From positions 7,566,001-7,630,000 of the forward strand of contig CM075995.1 in assembly GCA_038087875.1 (NCBI GenBank): a DNA stretch of 64,000 nt, read 5' to 3'. Under the pieces are notes generated by a model. That model did not search any database and was not told where the DNA came from. It saw only the letters and a program-made list of their open reading frames with translations. Shown piece by piece: positions 51,378-64,000 of this stretch (positions within the stretch are counted from its first letter, which is position 1; every line of letters starts with the position of its first letter). The DNA is from Malacoraja senta (lineage: Eukaryota). Both the position numbers and the translations under genes were made by a program.

Positions 51378-51609
51378 ATGGCCGGGCTGTCGGTGTCGGT
51401 GTCGGCGGCGGCGTCGGTAACAGCGACAGCGACGGCAGCCCACGGCGAGGCGGCCTTCAACCCCCAGGAGAAGGAGCTGGCGGATCGCTTCAGGCGCCTC
51501 TACCCGGCCGTGGACGAGCGGGAGACGCCGCTGCCCCGCTGCTGGAGCCCGAAGGACAAGTACAGCTACATCGGCCTGTCTCAGAACAACCTGCGGGTCC
51601 ACTACAAAG
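51378..51609 (+). CDS. RANBP9: RANBP9 (RanBPM) first coding exon, start of the SPRY domain
   Basis: Kozak GCCGCCATGG. Encodes [45 protein letters not shown]. Donor AAAG|GTGAGC. VDE and QNNL match RANBP9 better than RANBP10. The rest of the gene lies beyond the window. Confidence 0.93.
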
Positions 51610-51669
51610 GTGAGCCCGCGGGGGGGGGGGGGGGGCTGACCGACCAGGGCCTTGCTTAGCAACCAGCCC

Positions 51670-52570
51670 CCAGGGGTGGGGAGAGTTTGTGTTTGGGTGG
51701 GTGGGTGGGGGAGGTTTGTGTGAGAGAGGGAGGGGGTGGGGGGGAGCTTTGTGTGTGTGTGTGTGTGTGGGGGGGGGGGTTGTTGAGGGGGTAGGGTGGA
51801 GACGTGTCGCGGATTTGTGGGTGGGTGAGTGGTTTGTGTGGGGGGGGGGGAAATGGGAGGAGGTTTGTGTGTGTGGGGGGTAGGGAGAGGTGTGTCGAGG
51901 GGTTTGTGTGTGGGGGGGGGAATGGGAGGAGGTTTGTGTGTGTGGGGGGGGTAGGGCGAAGGTTTGAGGGAGGTAAGGAGAGGCGTGTCGAGGGGTTTGT
52001 GTGGGGGGGGGTTAGAGTGGAGGTTTGAGGGGGGTAGGAAGAGGTCGAGGGGTTTGTGTGGGGGATGGGAGGAGGTTTGTGTGGGGGGTAGAGTGGAGGT
52101 TTAAGGGGGGGGGGTAGGAAGAGGTGTGTGGAGGGGTTTGTGGGGGGATGGGGTTGTTTATGGGGGAGGTTGGGGTGGGGGATGCTGGTAGGGGGAGGTG
52201 TAGAGGGGTTTGTGGGGGGGAAGTGCCCGATGGGAGGTTTGTGTGAGGGAGGTGGGGGTAGGGGGGAGGTTTGTGAGGGATGGGTTTGAGGGGGAGTTGG
52301 GGGCAGTTTTTTTTAGGGTGAGGGGAGGTTTGTATGTGGGGTGGAATGGTTGTGGGGGGTGGCAGGAGGCTTGTGGAGGAGATGGAGGAGGTTTGTAGGG
52401 CTGGGGACGTTTGAAGAAGAGGGAGGAGATTTGTGGGGTGGGGGAGTCTGTAGGGTGGTGAGGGAAGGTTTGTGTGGGGGAGATGGAGGAGGTTTGTGTG
52501 GGGGAGATGGGAGAGGATTGGGGGGCGTGGGGAAAGGTTCTGTGTTTGTGGGGGAGGTTTGTGGGGCTTG
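51670..52570 (+). repeat. G-rich degenerate tandem repeat (GGAGGTTTGTGTGGGG-like) at the start of RANBP9 intron 1
   Basis: Repeated GGTTTGTG plus G-runs, with strong G over C skew. Confidence 0.85.
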
Positions 52571-54941
52571 GAGCCAGGCATCCAGTCATCCCCCCGGCCT
52601 CCTTTCTCTCACTGTCTGCTAGCCAGAGAGACTTCCTTATCCAGCAGGCTGCAAGGGAGGAAGGACAAGCCTTTCATGACATGTCAACTGGGCCTAGGCT
52701 CTCGGTAGAGCTTTGTCAACCCTCTGTGTGTGTGTGTGGAATTAAACAGATTTAAAGCAAGCATTTACACAGTCAAATCCTGCAGCCAGGAAACCACCCA
52801 AACCTGTCTTGTACAGGCAGCCTTTTTAAACAAGTCCACTCGCATAAAAGACCAGTTTGGAGGTTAAAAATCAACCCCCACCCCCAACTTGAGAGTAGGG
52901 GGGGGGGGGGCGGGGAGAGTGCAACGATTGACAAAATGTGTAGGAAGGAACTGCAGCTGCTGGTTTACACCGAAGATAGACACAAAGTGTTGGAGTAACT
53001 CGAGTCATTTCGGGCCTGAAGAAGGCATCGAGACCCTTTTTCAGACTACCTCAAACTTTTAAAGCAAGCTATTTAAAAAAAATATAAACAGTACCAATAG
53101 AACGTGGCAAAAGGATGGATGGGACAATGTTGGTGTTAACAGCTATCAATTTAAATATATAACAGTCATGGTGTTTTAAACTCCAGTTAGACTTGTTGGA
53201 AGTGAGAGGATAAACAGTGATTAATTAAGGGTGCTGCTGTGAGTTACAGGGACAACCATTATTTGGAGACTAGGAAGAAGCTTTAAATTTAGGCAATGAC
53301 GTGCTGATTACACTACATATCCGTTTTGCTTTGAGTAAGCGGAGTTTAGTATTTATAGTTTCCGTATTGACAAATATCAATAAGGTCCAGCACAGACATT
53401 GTGGGCTGAAGGGCCTTGGTGCTGTACTGTTCCATGTTCCATAATACTCCATTGAAAAATGCTCTAATTTTGTGGATTGAATATTTGGAAGAATTGACAG
53501 AAGGATAAAATTAGTTACCTGGAGTTGTGTCGCCAAAAGATGCAAAAACAAGAACAACAGCAACATTGTCAAAGTTAGCCAGGATTTAATTTGTTTTCTT
53601 GAGGTTTTTACATTTAAAAGTGTATCATCTTTTTAGGATCTGAGTGTTCTAACACTTATGCCACAGAAAGACAATTAACTGGCCCAGTGCCAAGAATCAT
53701 AGCTGTGATGGATATATTTTGCTCATGGTAGATTTAACAAAAAAGATCCTAGTTGAACCGTGAACGAGAAATGGACGGTTACTGGTTTATTTTAATGCAG
53801 TTTGATAGCTCTAATCTCAGTTTTAAATTTTGACCAGTTCCCACGTTATATTTGTATTATCTTTGTGTAGTAAACTATGCAGATGAAAAGGAACTTAAAG
53901 GAAAAATGGGATCAAAACAGGCAACACCTGACTTTGTTGGTGGATGTTTATGACTTGCAGTTTTCTGCCATGTTGCCATATCTTAAGTCATTTTGCTTCA
54001 TCTATCCTGCACAAGTATCATAACCAATATTTCAAGTTCTTTGCAGATATTTCTCATGGCCTTCCTTCCCTCGGTACTCAATGTCAGTGTAATATTATCT
54101 CTGTCTTCATTTGAGATATCACACTACTCGGTGATGTCACTTGAGTGCAAAATGTTTCATTCTGCAGAATGATACCAAAGCACAAGTTTGTTTACCAATT
54201 AAATTATTTAGTGAATAGAATAATTTATCTGTTGCTTTCTGAGGTCAGTCTATAGAACAGTACAGCACAGGATTAGGCCCTTTGGCCCACAATGTCTGTG
54301 ATGAGTATGATGTCAATGCCAACACATAACCTGCCTGCACATAACCCATATCCCTCCATTCCATGCGCATTCATATCATAGAATCATAGAGTTATACAGT
54401 GTGGAAACAGGCCTTTTGGCCCAACCTTTCCACACCGGACAACATGTGCCTTCTACACTAGTCCCACCTGCCTGTGTTTGGCCCATATCCCTCTAAACCT
54501 GTCCTATCCATGTACCTGTCTAAATGCTTCTTAAACGTTGCAATAGTACCTGCCTCAACTACCTCTTCTGGCAGCTCATTCCATACACCCACCAACTTTT
54601 GTCCTATGTCCTCTCATAAGGTCATAAGTGATAGCAGAATCTGCTATTCAATCATGGCTGATCTATCTCTCCCTTCTAACCCCATTCTCCTGCCTTCTCC
54701 CCATAACCCCTGACACCCTCTATCTCTGCCTTAAAAATATAAATTGACGGCCTCCACAGCCTTCTTTGGCAAAGAATTCCACAGATTCGTCATTTTCTAA
54801 CTAAAGAAATTCCCTCCTCATCTCCTTCCAAAAGGAACGTCCATTAATTCTGAGGCTATGACCTCCGGTCCTGGACTCTCACTAGTGGAAATATCCTCTC
54901 CACATCCACTCTATCCAAGCCTTTCACTGTTCTGTAAGTTT

Positions 54942-55830
54942 CAATAGACAATAGGTGCAGGAGTAGGCCATTTTGCCCTTCGAGCCAGCACCGCCAATTA
55001 ATGTGATCATGGCTGATCATCCCCAATCAGTACCCTGTTCCTACCTTCTCCCCATATCCCATGACTCCGCTATCTTCGGGAGCCCTATCAAGCTCTCTCT
55101 TGAAAGTATCCAGAGAACTGGCCTCACCGCCCTCTGAGGCAGAGAATTCCACAGTCTCACGACTCTGTGTGAAAAAGTGTTTCCTCATCTCCGTTCTAAA
55201 TGCCTTACCCCTTATTCTTAAACTGTGGCCCCTGGTTCTGGACACCCCACCAACATCGGGAACATGTTTCCTGCCTCTAGCAGTTCCAAACCCTTAATAA
55301 TAATATGTTTCAATAAGATCCTCTCATCCTAAATTCCAGAGTATACAAGCCCAGCCGCTCCATTCTCTCAGCATATGACAATCCCGCCATCCCAGGAATT
55401 AAGCTTGTGAACCTACGCTGCACTCCATCAATAGCAAGAATGTCCTTACCCAAATTAGGGGACAAAAACTGCACACAATACTCCAGGCGTGGTCTCACCA
55501 GGGCCCTGTACAACTACAGAAGGACCTATTTGCTCCTATACTCAACTCCTCTTGTTATGAAGGCCAACATGCCATTCGCTTTCTTCACTGCCTGCTGTAC
55601 CTGCATGCTTACTTTCATTGACTGATGAACAAGGACCCCAGATCCCCTTTTCCCAACTTGACACCATTTAGATAATAATCTGCCTTCCCGTTTTTGCTAC
55701 CAAAGTGGATAACCTCACTGCCCACTCACCCAACCTGTCCAAGTCATCCTGCATTTTCATAGCATCCTCCTCACTGTTCACACTGCCACCCAGCTTTCTG
55801 TCATCTGCAAATTTGCTAATGTTACTTTGA
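54942..55830 (-). mobile_element. CR1 3' fragment
   Basis: RPRLEYCVQF, KFADD and 3' UTR. Further short CR1 3' ends lie at about 72-450, 4750-5250, 8184-8410, 11320-11715, 21260-21880, 24470-25297, 31920-32490, 32701-33078, 59822-60212, 61598-62780 and 63060-63870. Confidence 0.85.
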
Positions 55831-57562
55831 AGTCCCCCCCCCCCCTCCCCCTCATCCTTCTGAACTCCAGGCTCAGTGCCGTCAAACACTCATATGTTAA
55901 CCCACTTATTCCTGGAATCATTCTTGTAATCCTCCTCTGGACCCACTCCAGAGCCAGCACATGGTTCTCGATTCCCCTACTCTGGGCAGAAGACACTATG
56001 CATTTACCCAATCTATTCCTCTCATGATTTTGTACACCTCTATAAGATCACCCCTCATTCTGCTGTGCTCCCAGCCTACTCAACCTCTTCATATAACTCA
56101 GGCCCTCAAGTTCTAGCAGCATTCTCTTAAATCTTGTCTGCACCATATTCCAATCTACAAGTCTCTTGAACCTTTGCAAAATTAAACTATCTTCTTCAGC
56201 CACCAATCCTGGCAGCGCGTTCCAGGTACTCACCACCCTCTGTCTAAAAACAAAATTTACCCCACATATGTGAAAATAAAACTTGCCCTGCACGCCACCT
56301 TTAAACTTTGCCCCTCTCATCATGAAGTTATTCCCTCGAGCACAGTATTTGATTTTTCCATGCTGGGGAATAAGGTTCTGATTCTGCCCTCTATGCCTCT
56401 CATACATCAATGCCATGATTGAGGTATTGAAGGCAGTATCTGTCCCTATTAAGATTTGTCACTAAATGATGTTGAATAACATTGCAATGAAATAACTTGC
56501 TCAGAAACTGTGGGAATAAAATTCTGGGGAGAAACTGGATTGAGATTGACCATAAATCCGTAAGTTGTAGGGACAGAATTAGGCCATTTGGCCCATCAAG
56601 TCTACTCTGTCATTTAATCATGGCTGATCTATCTTTCCCTCTCAACCCCATTCTCCTGCCTACTCCCCATAAACCTTGACACCCTTACTAATCAAGAACT
56701 TATCAATCTCCTCCTTAAAAATATCTATTGACTTTGTCTCCACAGCCTTCTAAAGGTCTATGACCTCTAATCATAGACTCTCCCACTAGTGGAAACATCC
56801 TCTCCACATCCACCCTATCCAGGCCTTTTTCTATTCGGTAAGTTTCAATGAGGTCCCCACCTCATCCCACCGCTTCCTGATACATCACTCCTTGATTCAT
56901 CACCCCCTGATTCCACTCAGTAGTAGAGTAGCAGTTACATCTTAGTTTAGAGATTCAGCGTGAAAACAGGCCCTTCAGCTCACCGAGTTCATGCTGACCA
57001 GCGATCAACCGTTTGCCTCTTTTGTGAGGGACAGAGAACTCGTGCAATTTACTGAAGCCAATTAACCTCCAAACCGGCATGTCTTTGGAATGTGGGAGGA
57101 GACCAAAACTGGAGCACTCGGAGAAAACCCATGCGGTCACGGGGAGAAGGTACAAACTCCATGGGGACAGCACCCGTAGTCTGGATCGGATCTGTGCCAC
57201 TGGTGCTGTAAGGCAGCAACTCAACTGCTGCGCCACTATGCCGAATACCATGAGATCTTTAATATTAGTGCAAACTGTTAGCATAGTCGGTAATGTTACT
57301 GAATCTGTAGTATGGGTCCTCTGCTTATGCCTTTCTTGTAGACTGAAATATCAGACTAGTGATACTGACCAGTGCGGCACCATGGTTCAGCGGGGAGTGT
57401 TACTGTCTCACAGCGCCTGAGATCTGGGTTCGATCCTGACCTTGGGTGCTGTCTGTGTGGAATTTGCACGTTCTCCCAGTCCAGTTTGTTATTATTGTCA
57501 CGTATACTGAGATACAGTAAAAAACTTTTTGCGACACGTGCTATCCAGTCAGTGGAAGGACT

Positions 57563-57762
57563 NNNNNNNNNNNNNNNNNNNNNNNNNNNNNNNNNNNNNN
57601 NNNNNNNNNNNNNNNNNNNNNNNNNNNNNNNNNNNNNNNNNNNNNNNNNNNNNNNNNNNNNNNNNNNNNNNNNNNNNNNNNNNNNNNNNNNNNNNNNNNN
57701 NNNNNNNNNNNNNNNNNNNNNNNNNNNNNNNNNNNNNNNNNNNNNNNNNNNNNNNNNNNNNN
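57563..57762. other. Assembly gap (200 N)
   Basis: Run of N. Confidence 0.97.
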
Positions 57763-57763
57763 G

Positions 57764-59824
57764 ATGGAGGAACTGAGTGAAATCCAGGTTAGTCGGGAAG
57801 TGGTGTTGGGTAAATTGAATGGATTAAAGGCCGATAAATCACCAGGGCCAGATAGGCTGCATCCCAGAGTACTTAAGGAAGTAGCTCCAGAAATAGTGGA
57901 TGCATTAGTGATAATTTTTCAAAACTCTTTAGATTCTGGAGTAGTTCCTGAGGATTGGAGGGTAGCAAACGTAACCCCACTTTTTAAGAAGGGAGGGAGA
58001 GAGAAAACGGGGAATTACAGACCAGTTAGTCTAACATCGGTAGTGGGGAAACTGCTAGAGTCAGTTATTAAAGATGGGATAGCAGCACATTTGGAAAGTG
58101 GTGAAATCATTGGACAAAGTCAGCATGGATTTACGAAAGGTAAATCGTGTCTGACGAATCTTATAGAATTTTTCGAGGATGTAACTAGTAGAGTGGATAG
58201 GGGAGAACCAGTGGATGTGTTGTATCTGGACTTTCAGAAGGTTTTCGACAAGGTACCACATAAGAGATTAGGATACAAACTTAAATCACACGGTATTGGG
58301 GGTTCAGTATTGATGTGGATAGAGAACTGGCTGGCAAACAGGAAGCAAAGAGTAGGAGTAAACGGGTCCTTTTCACAATGGCAGGCAGTGACTAGTGGGG
58401 TACCGCAAGGCTCAGTGCTGGGACCCCAGCTATTTACAATTTATATTAATGAACTGGATGAGGGAATTGAAAGCAACATCTCCAAGTTTGCGGATGACAC
58501 TAAGCTGGGGGGCAGTGTTAGCTGTGAGGAGGATGCTAGGAGACTGCAAGGTGACTTGGATAGGCTGGGTGAGTGGGCAAATGTTTGGCAGATGCAGTAT
58601 AATGTGGATAAATGTGAGGTTATCCACTTTGGTGGCAAAATCGGGAAGGCAGACTATTATCTAAATGGTGGCCGATTATGAAATGGGGAGATGCAGCGAG
58701 ACCTGGGTGTCATAGAAACATAGAAACATAGAAAATAGGTGCAGGAGTAGGCCATTCGGCCCTTCGAGCCTGCACCGCCATTCAATATGATCATGGCTGA
58801 TCATCCAACTCAGTATCCCGTACCTGCCTTCTCTCCATATCCCCTGATCCCCTTAGCCACAAGGGCCACATCTAACTCCCTCTTAAATATAGCCAATGAA
58901 CTGGCCTCAACTACCCTCTGTGGCAGAGAGTTCCAGAGATTCACCACTCTCTGTGTGAAAAAGCTTTTCCTCATCTCGGTCTTAAAGGATTTCCCCCTTA
59001 TCCGTAAGCTGTGACCCCTTGTCCTGGACTTCCCCAACATCGGGAACAATCTTCCTGCATCTAGCCTGTCCAACCCCATAAGAATTTTGTACGTTTCTAT
59101 AAGATCCCCTCTCAATCTCCTAAATTCTAGCGAGTATATGCAGGTGCAGCAGGCAGTGAAGAAAGCGAATGGTATGTTGGCCTTCATAGCAATAGGATTT
59201 GAGTATAGGAGCAGGGAGGTTCTACTGCAGTTGTACAGGGTCTTGGTGAGACCACACCTGGAGTATTGCGTACAGTTTTGGTCTCCAAATCTGAGGAAGG
59301 ACATTATAGCCATAGAGGGAGTGCAGAGAAGGTTCACCAGACTGATTCCTGGGATGTCAGGACTTTCATATGAAGAAAGACTGGATAGACTTGGCTTATA
59401 CTCGCTAGAATTTAGGAGATTGAGAGGGGATCTTATAGAAACGTACAAAATTGTTATGGGGTTGGACAGGCTAGATGCAGGAAGATTGTTCCCGATGTTG
59501 GGGAAGTCCAGGACAAGGGGTCACAGCTTACGGATAAGGGGGAAATCCTTTAAGACCGAGATGAGGAAAAGCTTTTTCACACAGAGAGTGGTGAATCTCT
59601 GGAACTCTCTGCCACAGAGGGTAGTTGAGGCCAGTTCATTGGCTATATTTAAGAGGGAGTTAGATGTGGCCCTTGTGGCTAAAGGGATCAGGGGATATGG
59701 AGAGAAGGCAGGTACGGGATACTGAGTTGGATGATCAGCCATGATCATATTGAATGGCGGTGCAGGTTCGAAGGGCCGAATGGCCTACTCCTGCACCTAT
59801 TTTCTATGTTTCTATGTTTCTATG
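57764..59824 (+). mobile_element. CR1 LINE ORF2 and 3' end, interrupted by an inverted copy of its own 3' end
   Basis: 305-aa RT frame 57764-58681 that resumes at about 59137. Inverted arm at 58711-59138. Confidence 0.93.
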
Positions 59825-60804
59825 GCTGATCGTCCCCTATCAATAACCTGTGCCTGCCTTCTCCCCATTTCCCTTGACTCCACTAGCCCCTAGAGCTCTA
59901 TCTAATTATTTCTTAAATCCATCCAGTGATTTGGCCTCCACTGCCCTCTGCAGCAGGGAATTCCACAAATTCACAACTCTCTGGGTGAAAACGTTTTTTC
60001 TCACCTCAGTCTTAAATGACCTCCCCTTTATTCTAAGGCTGTGGCCCCTGGTTCTGGACTCGCCCAAGATTGGGAACATTTTTCCTGCATCTAGCTTGTC
60101 CAGTCCTTTTATAATTTTATATGTTTCTATAAGATCCCCCCTCATCCGTCTAAACTCCAGTGAATACAAGCCTAGTCTTTCAATCTGTCCTCGTATGACA
60201 GTCCCGCCATCCCAGCATACAGCATGGAAACGGGCCCTATAGGCCACCGAATCCAGACCGACCATCCATCACCCATTCACACTAGTTCTATGTTATCCCA
60301 CTTTCTCATCCACTCCCTACATGCTTGGAGCCCTTCGGCCCAACTCACCCACGCCAACTAAGATGCCCCACCCCTGCTAATTTGGCCCACATCCCTCTAA
60401 ACCTTTCCTATCCATGTACCTGCCCAAATGCCTTTTAAATGTTGTCATAGTCCCTGCCTCAACCACCTCATCTGGCAGCTCATTCCATGCACCCACCACC
60501 CTTTGTGTGAAGAAAGTTGCCCCTCGGGTTCCTAACAAATCTCTCCCCTCTCACCTTAAACCTATGCCCTCTGGTTCTTGATTCCGCTACTCTGAGAACT
60601 TCACGCTAACTATTTTCCTCATGGTTTTATACAGCTTTAGACTTTAGAGGCACAGCGTGGAATCAGGCTCTTCGGCCCATCGAGTCCAAGCTGACCATCG
60701 ATCACCCTGTACTCCAGCACTGTCCTACACACCAGGGACAATTTACAATTTTACAGAAGCCAATTAACCTACAATCCTGTACGTCTTTGGAGTGCGGGAG
60801 GAAA

Positions 60805-61305
60805 TTGGGTGCTCCATCCAAGACCGTGAGAAACTGCAGCGAATTGTGGACGCAGCAGCCCAGACCATCGCACAAACCAACCTCCCTTCCATTGACTCCA
60901 TCTACACCTCACGCTGCCTCGGCAAGGCCAGCAGCGTCATCAAGGACCAGTCGCACCCCGGCCACTCCCTCTTCTCCCCTCTCCAATCAGGCAAGAGGTA
61001 CAGAAGTGTGAAAACAAACGCACACACCTCCAGATTCAGGGACGGTTTCTTCCCAGCTGTTATCAGGCAACTGAACCATCCTACCACAACCAGAGAGCGG
61101 TCCTGAACTACTATCTACCTCATTGGTGACCCTCGGACTATCTTTAATCAAACTTTACTGGCTTTACCTTGCACTAAACGTTACTCCCTTATCAGGTATC
61201 TGTAAACTGTAAACGGCTCGATTGTAATCATGTATTGTCTTTCTGCTGACTGGTTAGCACTCAACAAAAAAGCTTTAAACAATAAACTAAACTGAACTGA
61301 ACTGA
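60805..61305 (+). mobile_element. Rex1/Babar LINE 3' end
   Basis: KLQRIVDAA...IKDQSHPGHSLFSPLQSGKRYRS...FFPAVIRQLN and an (AACTG)n tail. Confidence 0.82.
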
Positions 61306-61834
61306 AAACCAGGCGGTCACGGGAAGAACGTACAAACTCCGTACAGACAGCACCCGTACTCAGGATGGAACGTCGTGGTGCCCACCTCTATAAATTTGCT
61401 TCAGTTTATTATTGTCACGTGTACCGAGGTACAGTGAAAAACTTTTGTTGCGAGCTGACCAGTCAAAGGAAAGGCAATACATGATTACAATCTAGCCGTC
61501 CGCAGTACACAGATACAGGACAAAGGGAATAGCGTTTAGTGCAAAATATAACATTGAAGTCCAATAAAGTCCTATTAAAGATAGTTCAAAGGTCTCCAAT
61601 AGACAATAGGTGCAGGTGTAGGCCATTCGGCCCTTTGAGCCAGCATCGCCATTCAATGTGATCATGGCTGATCATCCCCAATCAGTACCCCGTTCCTGTC
61701 TTCTCCCCATATCCCCTGACTCCACTATCTTTAAGAGCCCTATATAGCTCTCTCTTGAAAGTATCCAGAGAACCAGCCTCCACCGGCAACTGAGGCAGAG
61801 AATTCCACAGACTCACCACTCTCTGTGAGAAAAT

Positions 61835-62155
61835 GTCAAGTCAAGTCACTTTTATTTCTATAGCACATTTAAAAAACAACTCTCGTTGGCCAAAGTGCTT
61901 TACATTGGTGGAGGTACTAACGTTATCCAACAGTGGTTCATAGATTAAGTACATACATAAATACATACATGTAGCCCTCTCTCAGAGGACGTCAAGAGAG
62001 GCTTGAGAGTAAAGATGAGTTTGAACTCTCGACTTAAAAGAGTCGATGGAGGGGGCAGTTCTGATGGGAAGGGGGATGCTGTTCCACAGTCTAGGGGCTG
62101 CAACCGCAAAGGCGCGGTCGCCCCTGAGCTTATGCCTAGACCGCAGGATATTCAG
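61835..62155 (-). mobile_element. L2 LINE 3' fragment
   Basis: Same family, uninterrupted at the site where the Rex1 inserted in the 40090 copy. Confidence 0.8.
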
Positions 62156-62279
62156 TAAATGTGTTTCCACGTCTCCGTTCTAAATGGCTCACCTCTTATT
62201 CTTAAACTGTGGCCCCTGGTTCTGGACTCCCCCAACATCGGGAACATGTTTCCTGCCTCTAGCGTGTCCAAACCCCTTA

Positions 62280-62682
62280 AGGGCCTGTCCCACGGGCAGG
62301 CGATTCCAGGCGGCAAGCACGACCTAGCAGGAAGCGGAGGCCGCACGGGGACCGCGGGGTCGGTCCCACGTAGATAGCCGGAGCCGTATGTAGTTGGTCC
62401 CGACACCGCGCGGGGCTCAGAAAAACTGACACTGTTCAAAACTCCCTTGCGGCAACGGCCTGTCGCCCCGCTGCCGCCTCGACGCCGCGCGCACCGCCTC
62501 GCGCACCGCCTCGACGCCTCGCACACCGCCTGGACGGAGTAGGCTAGCGCGTTGCGTTGCGCGATGATGTCATCACCCGACGCCGCGCTCGCCGCATGCA
62601 TTCGCATGCTCGTGGGGCAGGCCCCCGATTCCGGGGAAGTCGCGCTTGCCGCCTGGAATCGCCTGCCCGTGGGACAGGCCCT
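62280..62682. mobile_element. PIF/Harbinger-type MITE
   Basis: TIRs of about 45 bp (AGGGCCTGTCCCACGGGCAGGCGATTCCAGGCGGCAAGC). TTA TSD at 62277 and 62683, inserted in a CR1. Confidence 0.88.
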
Positions 62683-64000
62683 TTAATAATCTAATATGTT
62701 TCAATAAGATCCGCTCTCATCCTTCTAAATACCAGAATATACAAGCCCAGTCGCTCCATTCTCCCAGCATATGACAATGAGGGTGACTGGAGGTCAGGAC
62801 CGCTCTCTAGCTGATGAGAGCACGGTTCAATTAGTTAACAGATCATCCCTCAGTCTCTTACGCTCCAAGGAACAAAGACTTGGGCAGCAAGCCAGTGTTT
62901 GCAGGCTGTGGCTTAAATGGACGTGCCTGAAAGCACATATCACCGATGAAGCTCTCACACACACACACACACACATATCGATGGCCTCTCACACAGTCTC
63001 CTCTGCCTACAGCCTCTGATCTCTCCCTATCACCACCACCACCACCCTCATTGTCATAAAGATGGTTAAGGGCTTGGACACGCTAGAGGCAGGAAACATG
63101 TTCCCGATGTTGGGGGAGTCCAGAACCAGGGGCCACAGTTTAAGAATAAGGAGTAAGCCATTTAGAATGGAGACGAGGAAACACTTTTTCTCACAGAGAT
63201 TGGTGAGTCTGTGGAATTCTTTGCCTCAGAGGGCGGTGGAGGCCGGTTCTCTGGATGCTTTCAAGTGAGAGCTAGATAGGGCTCTTAAAGATAGCGGAGT
63301 CAGGGGATATGGGGAGAAGGCAGGAACGGGGTACTGATTGGGGATGATCAGCCATGATCACATTGAATGGCGGTGCTGGCTTGAAGGGCCAAATGGCCTA
63401 CTCCTGCACCTAATGTCTATTGTCTATCATTCATAGTCATACAGTGTGAAATAGGCCCTTCGGCCCAACTTCGGCACTGGGCCTGTACTCGCTGGAATTT
63501 AGAACAATGGGGGGGGGGGGGGGGGGACCTCCTTGAAAGATACATAATTCTGAAAGGCTTGGATAGAGTGGATGTGGAGAGGATGTTTCCACTAGTGGGA
63601 GAGTCTAAGACCAGAGGTCATAGCCTCAGAATTAAAGGACGTTCTTTACGGAAGGAGATGAGGAGAAATTCCTTTAGTCAGAGGGTGATGAATCTGGGGA
63701 ATTCTTTGCCACATTAGGCCGTGGAGGCCAAGTCAATGGATATTTTTAAGGCAGAGATGGATATGTAGATTCTTGATCAGTACGGGTGTCAGAGATTATG
63801 GGGAGAGGGCAGGAGAATAGGTTTAGGAGGGAGAGATAAGATCAGCCATGATTGAATGGAAGAGAAGACTTGACTCAGTCGTAGAGTTGTACAGCACGGA
63901 ATCAGGCCCTTCGGCCCAACTCATCCATACCGACCAACATGCCCCATCTACACTAGTCCTACCTGCCTGCGTTATCCCTCTAAACCTGTCCCGTCCATGT

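Larger units (their letters stand above)
50420..51660. promoter_or_regulatory. RANBP9 CpG island / promoter and 5' leader
   Basis: GC- and CpG-rich with many Sp/KLF GC boxes, directly upstream of the RANBP9 ATG. Confidence 0.8.

Noticed and set aside
52012..52755. Pro- or Gly-rich ORFs up to 189 aa
   Set aside because: Low-complexity G-rich repeat that lacks stops by composition.

Overview
Vertebrate genomic DNA, most likely a cartilaginous fish such as a skate or ray (inferred from V-domain tRNA-SINEs, abundant CR1 3' fragments and Penelope pieces). It holds two same-strand genes. MCUR1 (CCDC90A) has eight well-supported coding exons between 4488 and 33967 and an unresolved 5' structure near 2095-3073. 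RANBP9 is represented by its first coding exon (51378-51609). Both genes have CpG-rich 37-bp minisatellites upstream. Most of the rest is nested transposable elements: CR1, L2, Rex1, L1/Tx1, RTE, Penelope, two Tc1 elements, and hAT, PIF/Harbinger and Tigger-like MITEs. There are two 200-N gaps. Highlights are (1) a 140-bp TSD-flanked retroposon whose first 54 nt fold as a very compact HDV-like ribozyme, (2) Penelope-terminal-repeat mini-elements with minimal hammerhead motifs and 14-16-bp TSDs, often as fold-back pairs, (3) a candidate extra MCUR1 exon that repairs a reading-frame conflict, (4) a 428-bp near-perfect inverted repeat in RANBP9 intron 1, and (5) local copies of MCUR1 intronic sequence downstream of the gene. 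All calls come from reading the sequence by eye, and no searches were run.
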